This document shows positions 27,859 through 42,019 of a stretch of 64,000 nt of DNA, in pieces. The position numbers were made by a program, and so were the translations under genes. The notes under the pieces are model-generated. The model searched no databases. It had not been told where the DNA came from and saw nothing but the letters and a program-made list of their open reading frames with translations. The stretch comes from Octopus sinensis (taxonomy: Eukaryota): the NCBI RefSeq assembly GCF_006345805.1, contig NC_043006.1:95480001-95544000 (forward strand), written 5' to 3'. The stretch's first letter is position 1; each line of letters begins with the position of its first letter.

Positions 27859-29497
27859 ACGAAGGAGTTACGCGTTCGGTTTTGTTGGTAATTTTGAAAA
27901 TACGGTTTTTGTTATAAGGTTCGTTAGTTAAATTTTGTTGAATTTTCACTGGTGAATTTTGTTTGTTTGTCTGAGACAGACGAAGAAAATGGGTTCCCCC
28001 TCTTTTAGAGGAGTAATAGAGGAAACGGAAAGAAAAATGTTTACAAGTGAGTCAGATTTATCATCCTCCTCCGAGGAGGAGTTAGTAGAGACGGTAGGAA
28101 GACTAGACATGGTCTTACAAGGAATAACCTATGCAGGAGTGACGAAACCAACGAAAAGAGAAATAAACCTGGTGAAGTTACCAGAGTGCTAAGAAATGAT
28201 TAAAAAGGTAAACGGAGATGCGGACCCATTACTGTCAAACAGAAAAAAGAACAGGAGAGAAAGGGGAAAAAATTACGTATAGAGTGTTTGTTAATGAGAA
28301 GAAAAGAGTGGGTTTAATAAGTATGAAAACGGTGGAGGAAGCCCTCAAAACGACGGAGGAAGAGATAATCTTCCTCGCAAGAGGAAACAAATATGGCACA
28401 GTGGTAGTGCAGTTCAAAAATGAAGAAACGGGAAGATGAATGGCAGCAAGGACAGTCAAAACAGGTAAGGTAAAACTTTTACCCCCTTATCTGGGGAGAA
28501 GAACCACAAAAATCAGGGTGGATGGAGTAACACCAGACGTCGACGCAGAATTCATAGTAGCAGCGGTTATCTATGGAAATGAGGAGAAATTAGATATAGT
28601 CCAAGCAACTATAACCGAGGAAGGAGGATGGAGAGGAGGGACACTGAAAATGAGCGTCCAAGCGGAATTGGAAATTAAAAAAAAATTATCGGAAACTATT
28701 GCGATGAATGACATAACAATGAGAGAATGGGTGGAAGGCAGAGTCCCCCGATACTTTAAATGCGACCTGAAAGGCCACATAAGAGCGAACTTCACTACAC
28801 AAGCGAAGGAAATAAATAAAGAAACAAGGAAAGAAACAGAAATGCCCCAGGAGGAGCAGAAGGAAACAGCAAAGGAAGAGAGCCAAGTGAATGAAGATGA
28901 AAAAGAATGGGAATCCACGGGAAAAAGAAAAAGGCGAAAAAGGCAAGTGACTCTGAACCCCAACCCACCACAGCACCACCCACACCCTTTGTGGCCCACA
29001 CTTCCCCTGCAGACACCAAACCTACTTACTCTCCACCAACAAGAAAACAGAAGACATGTACACACATGAAAACACAAAACTGCCGACCAGGAGAACATTG
29101 TGTTGGAATAATAGACGATGAGTATTTATATGAAACTTTAAAGGATTGGAGAAAATTAGAAATACCAGATTGCTGGAATGAGGGAATGGAAGTAGTGCTG
29201 ACGGGAAACCAGATGCTGGGACTGGAAAATGAACTTGGAAATCTATATATCTTAATAAGGGGAAAGTTTGGAACAAGAAAAGAGGGACGAACTCGAACAA
29301 ATATATGGGATAAATTTTGGAGGACAAGTAAGTGATGTTGACTGATGGGGCAGTTAACATCACTTTCATCTCTCATTTTCACCCTTTTTCTCATCTTATC
29401 ATACGATTATTATTATTATTTTATTTTTTTGATGTTTTGTGCCCCTAATGTGTTGTAGTATCCCCTATGTGTAAAACCTTATGGTGAATAAAAATCG
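27859..29497 (+). mobile_element. Internally deleted L1/Tx1-like LINE (5' UTR, disrupted gag-like ORF1, short 3' coding tail, A-rich end) flanked by 19-bp direct repeats
   Basis: ORF1 pieces 28218-29069 include a decayed knuckle PRYFKCDLKGHIRANF. No RT is present. GGTGAAAAATCACTCAAAA occurs at 27840-27858 and 29498-29516. Confidence 0.75.
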
Positions 29498-29628
29498 GGT
29501 GAAAAATCACTCAAAAGCTGTGCTTTTTACAAACTGCTGCCTTACTGGATTCTACCTTGAGAAAGGAACCCTGAGGAAGGAAATGTTTTTATACAGTGAG
29601 TTGTGTAAAACCACTTTAAAATTTTCTG

Positions 29629-30125
29629 AAACAGCCACAGGTTTGCAGTAATATTTTCATTCGCCTCTTTTAATCTATTGTCTACTTAATATATTTTCTA
29701 TATTTTAGGTTTTTCTATTTCATGTTTGATCTTTGATATTTATGTTTCTGTTTCTATATTGTTATCACGAAACTGTTAATATAAATATGGGAATATTGGA
29801 ATGGAATAATACGTCATGTCTTCCATGTGAATTCTGAATTTGATAGTGTGAATATTTTAAGACAAACATCTGAAACAGCCACAGGATTGCACTAATACTT
29901 TGAATGGCCTCTTTTAATTTATTGTCTGCCTTAATGATATACCTTATATATTTTCTGTATCTTAGGTTTTCCTTTTTATGTTGTTATATTTAATTTTTCT
30001 GCTTCTGTTTCTATATACTTATGATGAAAATCTTAGTAAAAATAAGTGGATATTTAAATGGAATAATATCTCATGTCTTACATGGGAATTGTGAATGCGA
30101 TTAACTGAATGTTTTAAGACACACA
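29629..30125. repeat. Diverged two-unit tandem repeat (~243 bp)
   Basis: gaaacagccacagg...ttttaagaca is repeated at ~29629 and ~29872. Confidence 0.75.
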
Positions 30126-30295
30126 TACACATTGGATGATGATGTTTGCAACGCCTTTGATGACAAGAGCAACTAAGTGGATAAGTTGATGTTGTGGTGT
30201 TTCCAGTATAGTTTTTTGGCAAAGTTGTTCTGTCTGCTCTAGATGCAGGACATCTGATTAACAAGTCTTAAGAGTTAGACAAAATGCACCCAGCA

Positions 30296-30337
<42 letters not shown>

Positions 30338-30899
30338 AATTGATGGCTGTGTCTGTTGTGTAATTTGATTTGAGTATATTAATTATATATAATTATATAG
30401 AAATGGTATGCATATGTGACAACTGTGTGACACACACAAACACATTTGTGTGCATAGCCACATAAACTCCCCTTTCTGTATTACGTACTGTCAGTTATAA
30501 CCTATTGTGTCTTGACAAATGTATTTAAAAGAAGAAGCCGAGCCGAGCCAATGTGGGATCAGGCCGTGATAGGGGTGACTGTGAGCAGGGGAGTAATATA
30601 ATTACCCACAAATCTCTCTCTCTCTCTCTCTCCTTACTTCATTCACCAATAATATAAAAACACATAAAACAGTGTAAACTGACATTTCTGATGAAACTAC
30701 AGTAGTAATTGAAAGTGCTTAAATATGTGATTTGAAGAAATAATATGTGATATGTAAATAAATATATTTTTGAAATGCCACTTGTTTTTGCAGATTTGGA
30801 ATTTCTGCAGTCGAAAAGGTGGGTACCATTTTCAGCTCACAGCTTTGACCATGCTGGGGTACCACCGTTTTGCTACACTGTTATTATTGAACGCCTCCT

Positions 30900-32540
30900 C
30901 TGATATGTGGCATTTGGTGGATAAGGGTGTTTGATATCCTGCCTATATTAACGCATCCTGCAATGTAGGATCATCTGAGACTGTCGGCAGAAAGAGATCC
31001 AGTTTTGATTTAAAGACACCTACATCCACTTTGTGTAGGTCCCTCAGGCTCTTTGGGAGAATATAAAAATAAAATTGTGGATCCCTGAAACACAGACTGA
31101 TGCAATATCTGGTCCTGAATCGTGACGGTATTGCTGGGGAGTTTGACACTGTGCATTGTCGACCGGTCCTGGCATTTGTATAGCTTTCAGTTTCAAAATT
31201 TGACACAATTCCTTCCAGGTTCTTCCAGATGTATGTTACAGCATATGTCTCCTGCTTTCGCTCCAGAGAGTAGAGTCTTAACTGTTTCAGCCTTTCCCAG
31301 TAGTTGAGCTGTTGCAATGAGACGATCTTCATTGTGAAGCTTCGCTGGATTGCTCCAAGGTCCGCTGTTAATTGTACACTGTGGGGAGGCAATAGCTGCG
31401 AGCAGTAGTCCAGGCGGCTACGGCCGAATCTCCTCCAGCGAACTATCATGGTCTCCTCTCTGGTTCTGTACTTCGAAGGAGGTATCATCACTCATATCGA
31501 TACCAAGTTCCCACACTCATTTAGGTTCTGGGAATGTTATCCCTCGTGGGCCAGTGTATCCTGTAAGTTTTACATCGGTTATTTTGTGCGCTAGTAGCGC
31601 AGGGCTTGGAATGTTCCAGCATTACACTGCATATTATTGTCCTCAGCCCATCTGTAAATTGAGTCCAACTCCTGCTGCAGGCGGGCAACATCGCTAGGAT
31701 TTTGTATTTTCTGCGAGACTTTCGTATCGTCATCGTAGCTAGCAAGTGTAGCTTTGCGGGCAGCTGAGTGCATATCTCAGAGGGTCACTATGATTAGCAA
31801 TGGTCTCAAAACAGTGTCCTCTGCAACACCGCTCACTATTTTTGCTTTCTTTGAGGTGGCTCCATTAGCCCCTACTGCCTGACTTCTATCTTTCAGAAAG
31901 TCATATAACCACTCTCCAAATTTTTCAGCTATGCCAAGATCACGCAGTTTGTGGCATATGATCCACTTTATCAAAGGCTTTTGGAAAGTCAAGGTATATT
32001 ACGTCCACATTTGAGCTGTTGTGTAACTGCCTCAACACCCAGTCATAGTGCTATAAGAGCTGGGTCAGGCAGCTCCTACCAGGTAGAAAACCATGCTGGG
32101 TATCAATCTGTAAGTCGATTTCCTCGTGGAATGCAATCAGCTTCCCTCTGACTATTTGTTCCATGACTTTTCTGATGTGTGAAGTCAGAGAGTTAGGCCT
32201 ATAAATTTTGACATCTGCACTGCGTCCGCCTTTATGAATTGGGCATATTATTCCCTCTTTCAGTTTGTTTGAAAACTCTGAAAGAGAATCTGTAGTGGTT
32301 TACACGGTTTGAGGAGGACTGCTGAGAAATTATAAGGGCCAGGAGTTGAGTCTGCATCCACCTCATTTATGGCTAGTATTAAATCTTCTTTCCCAATGTC
32401 TATGTAATCTGTCGTACCTGCCTCGCCGTTTATAGGTGAGGCGGCAAAGAAATCCACTGATTCGTTCACTTGTCTGGGTTCCAACGAGGTGGTAAAGACA
32501 CTTTTGAACTGATCATTCAGTACCTCACTGGTCTTGGTTG
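30900..32540 (-). mobile_element. Decayed CR1-group LINE, RT domain and C-terminus
   Basis: IICHKLRDLGI...WLYDFLKDRSQAV, YDDDTK, QQELDSIYRWAEDNNM, SRLDYCSQL...YWERLKQLRLYSLER. Many stops and frameshifts. Confidence 0.85.
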
Positions 32541-33345
32541 GGATATCTGTGAAGGAGAAATCCTCCTGGAAGAAGGGACTCTAAATTTTACCGGTGTGTG
32601 TGTTAAAGGTTCCTCAGGCTCTTTGAGAGAATATAAAAAAATTGTGGAACCACCTCAAAGAAACGTTAGCATGCCGGGCGAAATGCGTAACCGTATTTCG
32701 TCTGCCATTACGTTGTGAGTTCAAATTCCGCCGAGGTCGGCTTTGCCTTTCATCATTTCGGGGCCGATGAATTACGTACCAGTTACGCACTGGGGCCGAT
32801 GTAATCGACTTAATCCGTTAGTCTGTCCTTGTTTGTCCCCTCTGTGTTTAGCTCCTTGTGAGTGATAAAGAGATAAGTATATGTGTTAAATTATAAGGCA
32901 CTAAAAGAAAATGACTCTCCCCAGATTTAAAAAAAAAAATACAGATTTACCTCCCCTTTACTGCAAAATAAATTAGTGAACACCTATCTCTCGTAGCATT
33001 ATTTTTCCCTTCCTAGCAAGCTCTTAGTTTCGATGAGTAATGGGAAACCGGTCCTTACTTCAACTATGATGAAAGAACAAAACCTTATTTTGTACAAAAT
33101 CGTATATCTTTATTATCATGACTTTAATATACTCTTAAATGCTGTTAAACAAATCTTCTGTGCTTTTTATCTTTTCTCTTTCTTTCTCTCTCCCTCTCTC
33201 TCTCTCTCTCTCTCCCTCTCTCCCCTCTTTTTATCTGTATAAATACATATAAAAATATGTATGTATGTATGTATCTATGCATAGATCTACGTATGGATAT
33301 ACAAACTAAAATTATGTAAAGCAGAATATATAAACACACACGTGC

Positions 33346-33388
<43 letters not shown>

Positions 33389-33434
33389 TATACTCTACAT
33401 ATCAATAGTATATGTATGTTTGTGTGCATGCATG

Positions 33435-33466
<32 letters not shown>

Positions 33467-33911
33467 CTCTACATATCAATAGTGTATGTATGTATGTGTA
33501 TATTATGTATGATTTGTAGAACATTAGAGATTTTTTACGCCCATTATGAGACCAAAGTCATCTTACCTTACCAATCATGGTCGCATTATCTTCGTATATT
33601 TTTTTTACATAGAGATAATTGTTAAAGTAGCAACATTGGACATATCTACTGCTGTTAGTTGGTTGTGGCATCGATGTTAATAAACGAATAATTAGAGATT
33701 TTTCCAACGCAGTGTTAATTAATTATTATAAATGAACATGAATAATAACAAAATAACAACGACGACAACAATCATATCTTTATCAGATTCAGACAACGAA
33801 TCAAAGATTATTTGAGATTGTTCGGAGATATCGTTTTGTGAGTGCAATAAATATTATTGATAGCAGCAATTAATCAAAGTATCTTAATGGATGGCATATA
33901 TGTATGTATGT

Positions 33912-33962
<51 letters not shown>

Positions 33963-36564
33963 ATATTATATATATATATATATAATATATCTGCTGATTT
34001 GACTAAAACAAATAGTTCTGAATTTCTATATACATATATAAGTGCGGACATGTATACATGCATACATATAGCCATACATAAATAAATATATATATATATA
34101 TAGTTATATATATTTTTATTATCACATAATATATAAATATACATATATTTAGATATTTATATGTATGTATATATACGTGTGTGTATGTACGTATGGTTTT
34201 TGGATGTATGTATGTATGGTTGTATGTATGTGTGTGTGTCTGTAAACGTGCGTTTGTTTAATAATTTTCATTTTATTATGGATGCAATTGTAATTATTAA
34301 ATCAATAATTCAATTGAAGATTTATAATTCATATTAGAAAGGACGGTGGTAGCATAGAAACTTTAGAGGCATCAGTTTAAGTTTCATTTTGTATTTAATT
34401 ACTTTTACGAATATTTAATTATAAATCCGCCAAAAGGTCAAGATGAACTTCAATTTCTCGTAGTTACCGTTTATATAAATCAAGACTTATTTGTGGTTCT
34501 ATTGTTAAAATCTCACATCTATGTCTGCAGTAGATCCTCCATGGGTAAGAAATGCTTACCATATTTGCCGTTATAAAACGCATTCTCGCATAAGATAAGC
34601 CCCTACCTTTTCTAAAAGAAAGAAATCTTAATGCTTCATCATACAGTCATTCACTCGGTATCCCATCCACAATATGGTCACATTAGATGCATAGCAATAT
34701 TCTGTTTCATTTACGAATAAAATCGTACGACTTTTAACAATGCAGGATGAGCAGAACTTGTTTTTGTACAATATCAACCATCATTGGGTTGTCTTCAATT
34801 ACTCTAAGGCTATATCCCTTCTAGTTTCATTTCAGACAAAATCCCTCCTATAGTTGACAGTGATCTTACACCTCCGCACCAAAGTCTAAATTTTTATGAT
34901 TTTTCTAGCGGAAGGAACAGCACTAATTTCAGTTTACTTTCTGCTTGTTTGTTTTTAGTCTACTCTGCTTGCCTCCTGTAATTCCAAGCTTACCTTTGTG
35001 CACAGGTCCAATTTAGCCCTTGGCTAATGGGTCCGCATGTGCACAGACTGATGGCCCTCAGTTACACATGTCATTTTCCTAGTCATACCACCTTCCAGTC
35101 ATGCATATGGTGCTCAGGTGCCATCTATATCTATTTGAGATATATTGGGGCACTTGACAAGCACTTCTGCTCCGAGCCAGAACAGATCTGGGAACAGTGG
35201 CGACAAAGGAAGAGGTCCAATCTCCACTAATCTCATACCAGTATACGCGTCCACAGTTACGTACGTAGAGTCAAGGCATCGGATGCATTAGGCCTTGATC
35301 AATTTACTAGAATTATATCCATCGAACATGCAGCTCCTTTTGTTGAAGCCAGTCTAATTAAGCTTATATACACATTCACTTGGAATAGTAAAATAATAGT
35401 AAAAATATTTATAAATACTTCTTTCACATTTCATTAATAAAAAGTACATGTCCGAAACACCAATTCCGGATATCCTGACCCAGCTGGTGATATTCCTGCC
35501 GTGTGTGCGGATAGCGCATCACACCTGGGTGAGGATCTCCTCTCTCGGTGTTTCGGAATGTACTTTTAATGAAGGTGCTGTCTGGGGTGTTTTCGAGATG
35601 CAAATTCCAAGTTGGCTGAATAGGGTATGAGTGAGTAAGCGGGATGTGCGGGTATCGGTTCATTGGAACCATTTCAAGTGAGCGGCCGTCAATTAAAGGA
35701 GTCGCTTGAAACGACTGTAATGAATTGACACCTGTACATCTTTGTTACTTATTTATATTCTATGTACATAAACACACACACATATATATACATATACATA
35801 CATGTATATAAATATGTATATATATGTAAATGAACAATTTCATTTGGAATGGTTGATCCTCTCAATTTCGATACCATATGACAAAGGCAAGAAATTCTGT
35901 CTTCTCTGCAATTCTGAGCTATTTTTCATTATTTTTTCTAAAAATACTCTAGTAAACACGGTTATAGAACGAGCATACAGATGTAAGCATTGGCAAAAAA
36001 TACTTTTAGTGCATATAAGTAGTCTCTATCATTATATATAGTTTAGACTTTAATTTCCTTTATATTTAACATTCACTATTAATATCCTTACTCTTTCTGT
36101 TAGCTACTTATGACGTTATATCATATAACGTTTTTTTAAACAATATTAATAGCGTTCTGTCTATCGCTATACGAATCCATCATTTTTTGCTAAAATGTCG
36201 TATTGACAAGTTTCGTTTTTTCACTTTCCCGAAGAGAAGATTGCATTGTTTATACCTTTATCTTTTGAATAAGTATCAGTGGAATTTTTGAAACATATGT
36301 AGAAAGAAAAAATACTTGTTTAAACCTGCGTTGACTCCATTTTTTATTCCTATATATGTATATATATATGTATATATATCTATGTATATATATATATGTA
36401 TATATATGTGTGTATATATATATGTGTATATATATGTATATATATATATATATGTGTATATATGTATATATATATATAAATATATATATGTATATATATA
36501 TATGTATATATATATATGTATATATATGTATATGTATGTATATATATATATGTATATATATATA

Positions 36565-37852
36565 TATAATCAAAATAAGCAACAAGAATGACTCCGGTAA
36601 TTTGGTACGATCGTTTCGTACTACATCATTTTCTTAAATGTTGTAAGTATTACAACAGATTTAAGATGCTGAGTACTCATCAGCCAATTATAGAGGTTTT
36701 CCATTAATACAAAAATTTTCATATCAAGTGGCAACATTATAGAGAAGGTAGATATATAGACAAAGATGTGGATTTAAATTTTAAGAACATTTGAGGTAGT
36801 GGAGCCCATCAACTGACCGACCAAGATTCGGTTGCTCCAGACTACTGTAAGATTCTGAGAGGGAAGAATAAGTGGAAAGAGGCAATAAAGATTTTCTAAT
36901 TATAGAAATGGGTAAATGGGATTTCAGAGCTCCATATAAGGAATTTATGTGGAAGACAGCATTGTCACTACTAAATGCCAATCACTACTATTTGATGAAC
37001 AGATTCGGCGTTAGGAGAACTAGGTCAATGTCAAGTGGTCACAATAGCATTCACATAGAGTGCAGAGACCTTACAAACACTATGCACATCATCAGAACAG
37101 TTGGTCAATAAGTTCCAAGTACTTTGACACGTTAGAATAAAGGAAAAATATAAATCTAAAATTTATTCAATTTGGAGAAAAAGACTATCACTTATTATGA
37201 GTAGGCATAGTACTTATTTACTAGGGGAAAAGCCTTATTAATCAAGTGAACATATTAGGGGTCAAAATATATACTAAGAAAGATGGAAGAGGGAAAATCA
37301 AAGAAAGAAGAAATTCAAAGATTTGGTGGAATGTGATATTTTATAATATAAAGGGAGGTGATTTAGAAGAGTAAATTATTCAAATTTCATGGATAGTGAG
37401 TTGATATTAATGAATTAAAAAATGGGATCTATTGGGAATAAAATTACTACCTGCGGATAAAAGTTAATTAGTTAGGTAAAAATATCTTATGTTAATTATA
37501 TATTAAGAAATGAGAGTGAGATAATCAGGATGAACCAAATAGTTACCCTAGGGACATAAGATTAATACTACTTAGTATTGGAGAACATTAAAAAGAAGAA
37601 TTTAATTCTAAGTTTATAATGAAGTTCTTTTAATCATTTATGAGTGTTAAACTAAAATCAGTATGGTATATTCCTTCCTATTTTAGTTGAATATATGTTT
37701 TGCAAAGATATCTTAGACTAATTATATATTAAGAAAAGGAAGTGAGATAATCAAGGTGAACCGAATAGTTTCTTTAGGGACGAAGAAAGAATTTGGTACG
37801 AAACGATCGTACCAAATTACCGGAGTCATTCTTGTTGCTTATTTTGATTATA
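36565..37852. mobile_element. PLE-like unit bounded by exact 57-bp inverted repeats containing the hammerhead 3' half
   Basis: 36565-36621 equals the reverse complement of 37796-37852. Interior is AT-rich with no recognisable frame. Confidence 0.6.
36598..36690 (-). ncRNA. Type I hammerhead ribozyme motif with intact core and unusually long (59 nt) stem II
   Basis: Minus strand reads UAAUUGG-CUGAUGA-GUAC[ucag CAUC UUAAAU cu GUUGUAA uac UUACAAC AUUUAA gaaaau GAUG ua]GUAC-GAAA-CGAUCG-UA-CCAAAUUA. Stem I is 7 bp with one bulge. Stem III ACGAUCGU is a perfect palindrome. Cleavage triplet is GUA. Confidence 0.85.
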
Positions 37853-38297
37853 ATCACCCCAAGGATTTTTATGGATAACACCATACAGAATTCTGGCGCA
37901 TCTAAATTAAGTACCATATTCATTTGAATCTGAATTTTTGCTGAACTTATATATATATATATATATATATACATACATACCACAGAAAGGATGTAAAGGT
38001 AAAACAAGGTAGAACAAAGTAGTACTCGATTACCGGAGGTTGAGTAATACGCTTTATTATTTTTAAAGTTGCAAAACATCATAAAAATAACACAAAAAAC
38101 TGCTACTCAGAGTTTTGCGTTCACATTGGTCGGTCAGTTTAGATTGAGAATCTAAAGTGTCTCAATCTAAACCATCCGTCGAACGGGAACGGGAAACTCT
38201 GAGTAGCAGTTTCTTTTTTCTTTTTAGATATATTTGTGGTGTTCTTGTAGCTTTAATAATTATAATGTATTATATATATATGTATGTGTGTATGTGT

Positions 38298-38390
<93 letters not shown>

Positions 38391-39016
38391 CAAGCGTAGT
38401 TGCTGTAGAGACCCAGAGACACTACTTCGCATACGGTATATGTTTGACGCTCTATTTGATATCAATTGGCTGTCAGCGGAGATCCCAGTGTGCACAGCAT
38501 CGAGCTAAGACATAATATATGTAAACGCACGGAGGAGACGTACAGACATGTCAAATAAAACTATTTCTCCGTAGACTGAAAAATTGATGAAGTCTCCATC
38601 GATTTTCGACACATTTTATAGTCTCATCGGTGGTGTCTACATCACTTAAGCAATCGCACACACTCACACACGCACACGCATACACACACACACACGCATG
38701 CACACACACACGCATACACACATATACACATGTACACACTCATATCTGTGTGTATGCGTGTGTGTGTGTGTGTGTCTGTGCGTGCGTGCGTGCGTTTTAT
38801 CTTGTTTCAGTCATTAGACTGCGCCCTTGTGCTGATGTTTATTCTAAGGGTCTCATTCCGCGAACTGCTAACTTACAGGAAATTTAGCACAGCTATACCG
38901 GTTGTCAAGCAGCGGTGGGTGACAGACAGACAGCTATACAGACAGACAGACAGCTACACAGACGGACAGACAGCTATACAGATAGCTATACAGACAGGCA
39001 GATAGATAGATATACA

Positions 39017-40990
39017 ACTTTCTTTATTCGCCACACAGCACTGAACACAGAGGGGACAAATAAAATGTGGAACTTTTCTTTTCGAAAATGAGAAAGAAGA
39101 GGGAAAAAAAAGTAAAATTCCGATTAAATGTGATCGGGGAGGGGGGAACGATTTAAAGGGATCGTGTATAACAGAAGAATGTTTTAAAATGTTAAAAGCA
39201 ATATTAGGTTTATACATGGAAAGAAACTCCTACCGAAAAGACCACGGTAACCTCAGGCACAGAGGGAATAATTACATGAGAGTAAAGTGCTTTCTCTCTT
39301 TTTTCGAGCTACATGATCATGCTCAAAATGGTTTCGTCACTCGCACGCACCATCTTTGCTACATGCACCCACATTTTTTTGAAACTTTCACGGTACAAAA
39401 CCTGCTTCTCCATTCTCACCTTCCTTTTCAAGTGGTATTTGAAAACGTTGTTGAGCGATTGGCCAGAGAGGTTTGGCCAGATTTGTCTATAATCCTTTCG
39501 CGAGTGTCCACCACACACATTCTTTCACCATGGCAACCAGTACGATGAAGAATGCCTTGCCTTCCCCGTTGATGGAAGGTGGCGGAACTCTTATACGCGA
39601 CAGACTCGGCCGACAGGCGGACTCGACACACATGAGACAGCAGCCGTTCGACATAAGCCCACAGGACCCAAATGGTTGGACACTGCACGAGTGCGTGCAG
39701 AATGGTTTCGTAGTTCTGAACGCATCTCGCGCAAGTTGGTCCGGTGTGTCTCGAACCGTTCCTGTAGAACTTATCCCGAACAGGTAATGCTTCTCGATAG
39801 CACTGCCAGGCCAGGGATCTTTGGTGAGTGTCCATAGATCCCGGCCCGAAAGTTGTCCTGAACAGGCGGGTCAGGTGTTCCTCGTCGACGCCCAGATTCT
39901 GCCCGACGAAGTCGTCACACCTCTCCTCCACTCATCCTCTATAGAACGCCTTTGTTGTAATGAAGTGGCACAAGTTTGGTCCCGGATGGCAGAGTTGCGT
40001 GAGAGCAACGCGACACTCGCGATGTCATTCGCCTAGCCTCGGTCTCTGTTTGATCCACGACTGCAGTTTGGCCAAGGAGACGAGCTGCGGGAAAGCACTG
40101 CACAAATGTTGACCACACCTGTTCAGCGTCGTCTATGAAGCACCTGAGATGTTGCAGTCTCAGCGCATGTCTGTGCATCATCAACCACGGCATGCCTAGC
40201 CCTCCATTTAGCGGGTGTTGACAGCAAATGGATCGCCTAACCATCGGAACGCTTCCCTTCAACAAGAAGCGGAAGAGTATACATTCCAGTTTGCTGATGG
40301 TAGGGTCGGGACAAGGCACGACGGTCAGACGGTACTTGATGACGGATGCGAGGTACGCGTTCGCTACCTCCGCCCAACCTTTAGGGATAGCTTCCTCTCG
40401 GCCCATTTCTAGATGAGAGTGACCATCCTAGTCGTTATTTCGCCCCAGCTCTTCCCCATTTAGAGGTCTGGACCGAACCAGACTTCGAGCAATTTAACCG
40501 GTGCATCGGCCAGCGTCCCACGATGGAGAGGCTGTTGGACGGCATGGGGCTTGCTTCTCCAGGTGCCGAGCCGCAAGCGCACTGACTTGTCCCGGTTAAT
40601 TTTTGCTCCCGTTACCGCTTCGTATTCTTTTAGTGTCTCGCCGGCCAGGTTGATGTGCTCAACACTATGACGGTGACATCGTCTGTTCCTCCCTCATCCC
40701 AGCCCTCGTGTGATGCCCCTCAGTGTCGCCAGCTTCCGCAGTACTGGCTCAAGCGTCAGTATATACAGAAGCGACGAGAGGGGGTATCCTTCACGAACCG
40801 AACTCATGATGTTAAATGGTCTGGATAGATGACCATTTACGCAAACTACCGACAGGATTCCGCTGTATAAGGCAGCGACCCAACCAAGGAAGATGGGACC
40901 GAAACAAGCTGCTTTAAGGACAGCCTCCAAGTAGTGATGGTCCACCCTAGTCGAAAGCTTTTGTTTGATCCAAATTGATCAGAGCCCCAT
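39017..40990 (-). mobile_element. 5'-truncated L1/Tx1-clade LINE ORF2 (RT, thumb, C-terminal Cys/His region), flanked by GATA/GACA-type microsatellites
   Basis: VDHHYLEAVL...VREGYPLSSLLYILTLEP, DDVTVI, GGLGMP, CARCVQNYETILHALVQC. 3' end aataaagaaag at ~39017. Confidence 0.85.
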
Positions 40991-41077
40991 AGATAGATAG
41001 ATAGAGAGATAGATAGATAGATAGATACATACATACATGCATGCATGCATGCATGCATACATACATACATACATACA

Positions 41078-41111
<34 letters not shown>

Positions 41112-41392
41112 CATACATACATACATACATACATAGACAGATGTTTATATACATATATATACGATGGGCTTCTTTCAGTTTCCGTCTACCAAATCCACTC
41201 ACAAGGTTTGGGACAGCCTGAAACTATAGTAAAAGACACTTGTCCAAGCTGCATTGAGGTGGAACTGAACCCAGAATCATGTGGCTGGAAAGCGAACTTC
41301 ATGCCACACAGCTACGCCTGCGACTAAATATACATACACATACATACGTAACTCATACATACATACATACATATAATCATACATACATACAT

Positions 41393-41946
41393 AGTGGCTG
41401 CCCCCTCGTTATCGAGTATGGCCATTGCACGAAACTTAATCAATGTTGTTATCGTGCAATGCCTGTGCAAGAAGATGTTTTTCAAAGTGAGGAAAGGCTG
41501 TGCACTGAGTCAATCCCACTCACTAAGCAACAGCAGTCACAATCCGAAAAGAAGAAAAAGTCAACATCATCGTTAACCACTGAGCCGCAGGTTTTATGTC
41601 AGAGTTATCCCAGTTACCTGAGTTACCTTCTCCTAGAAGGATGCCCTAACAAAGGCTAGGAGTCCTTTACTCCCAATGGTTTAACCGCGCGATCGGGTAT
41701 TCAGTCCGATTATTTCTAAATACCCGCGCATGATACATCCTTAAGACATTTATTGGATGGCCGTTGACTCTCAAGAGTTGCTCCGCCTTTTGACGGGTTC
41801 TGTTTTTCATCCCGCAGGGTGTCCAATAAACACCCTCCTCACCAAGCAAGCTTGGTGGGGTTGCCGGTTTAGTGGCCGACGACCCGATCAGGCAACAGGT
41901 TGTACTGGGTTACATGTTACCAGTAGCACTCGAAAGTGACCTGACA
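41393..41946 (-). mobile_element. ~550-bp non-coding element embedded in (CATA)n, possibly RTE 5'UTR-derived
   Basis: (CATA)n on both sides. The motif ggcatccttctaggagaaggtaactc resembles RTE 5' UTR motifs as I recall them (unverified). Confidence 0.4.
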
Positions 41947-41988
41947 TAAACATACATACATACATACATACATACATACATACATACA

Positions 41989-42019
<31 letters not shown>

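Noticed and set aside
35000-35700. Higher-GC segment possibly from a LINE
   Set aside because: No frame gave a convincing motif on manual translation.
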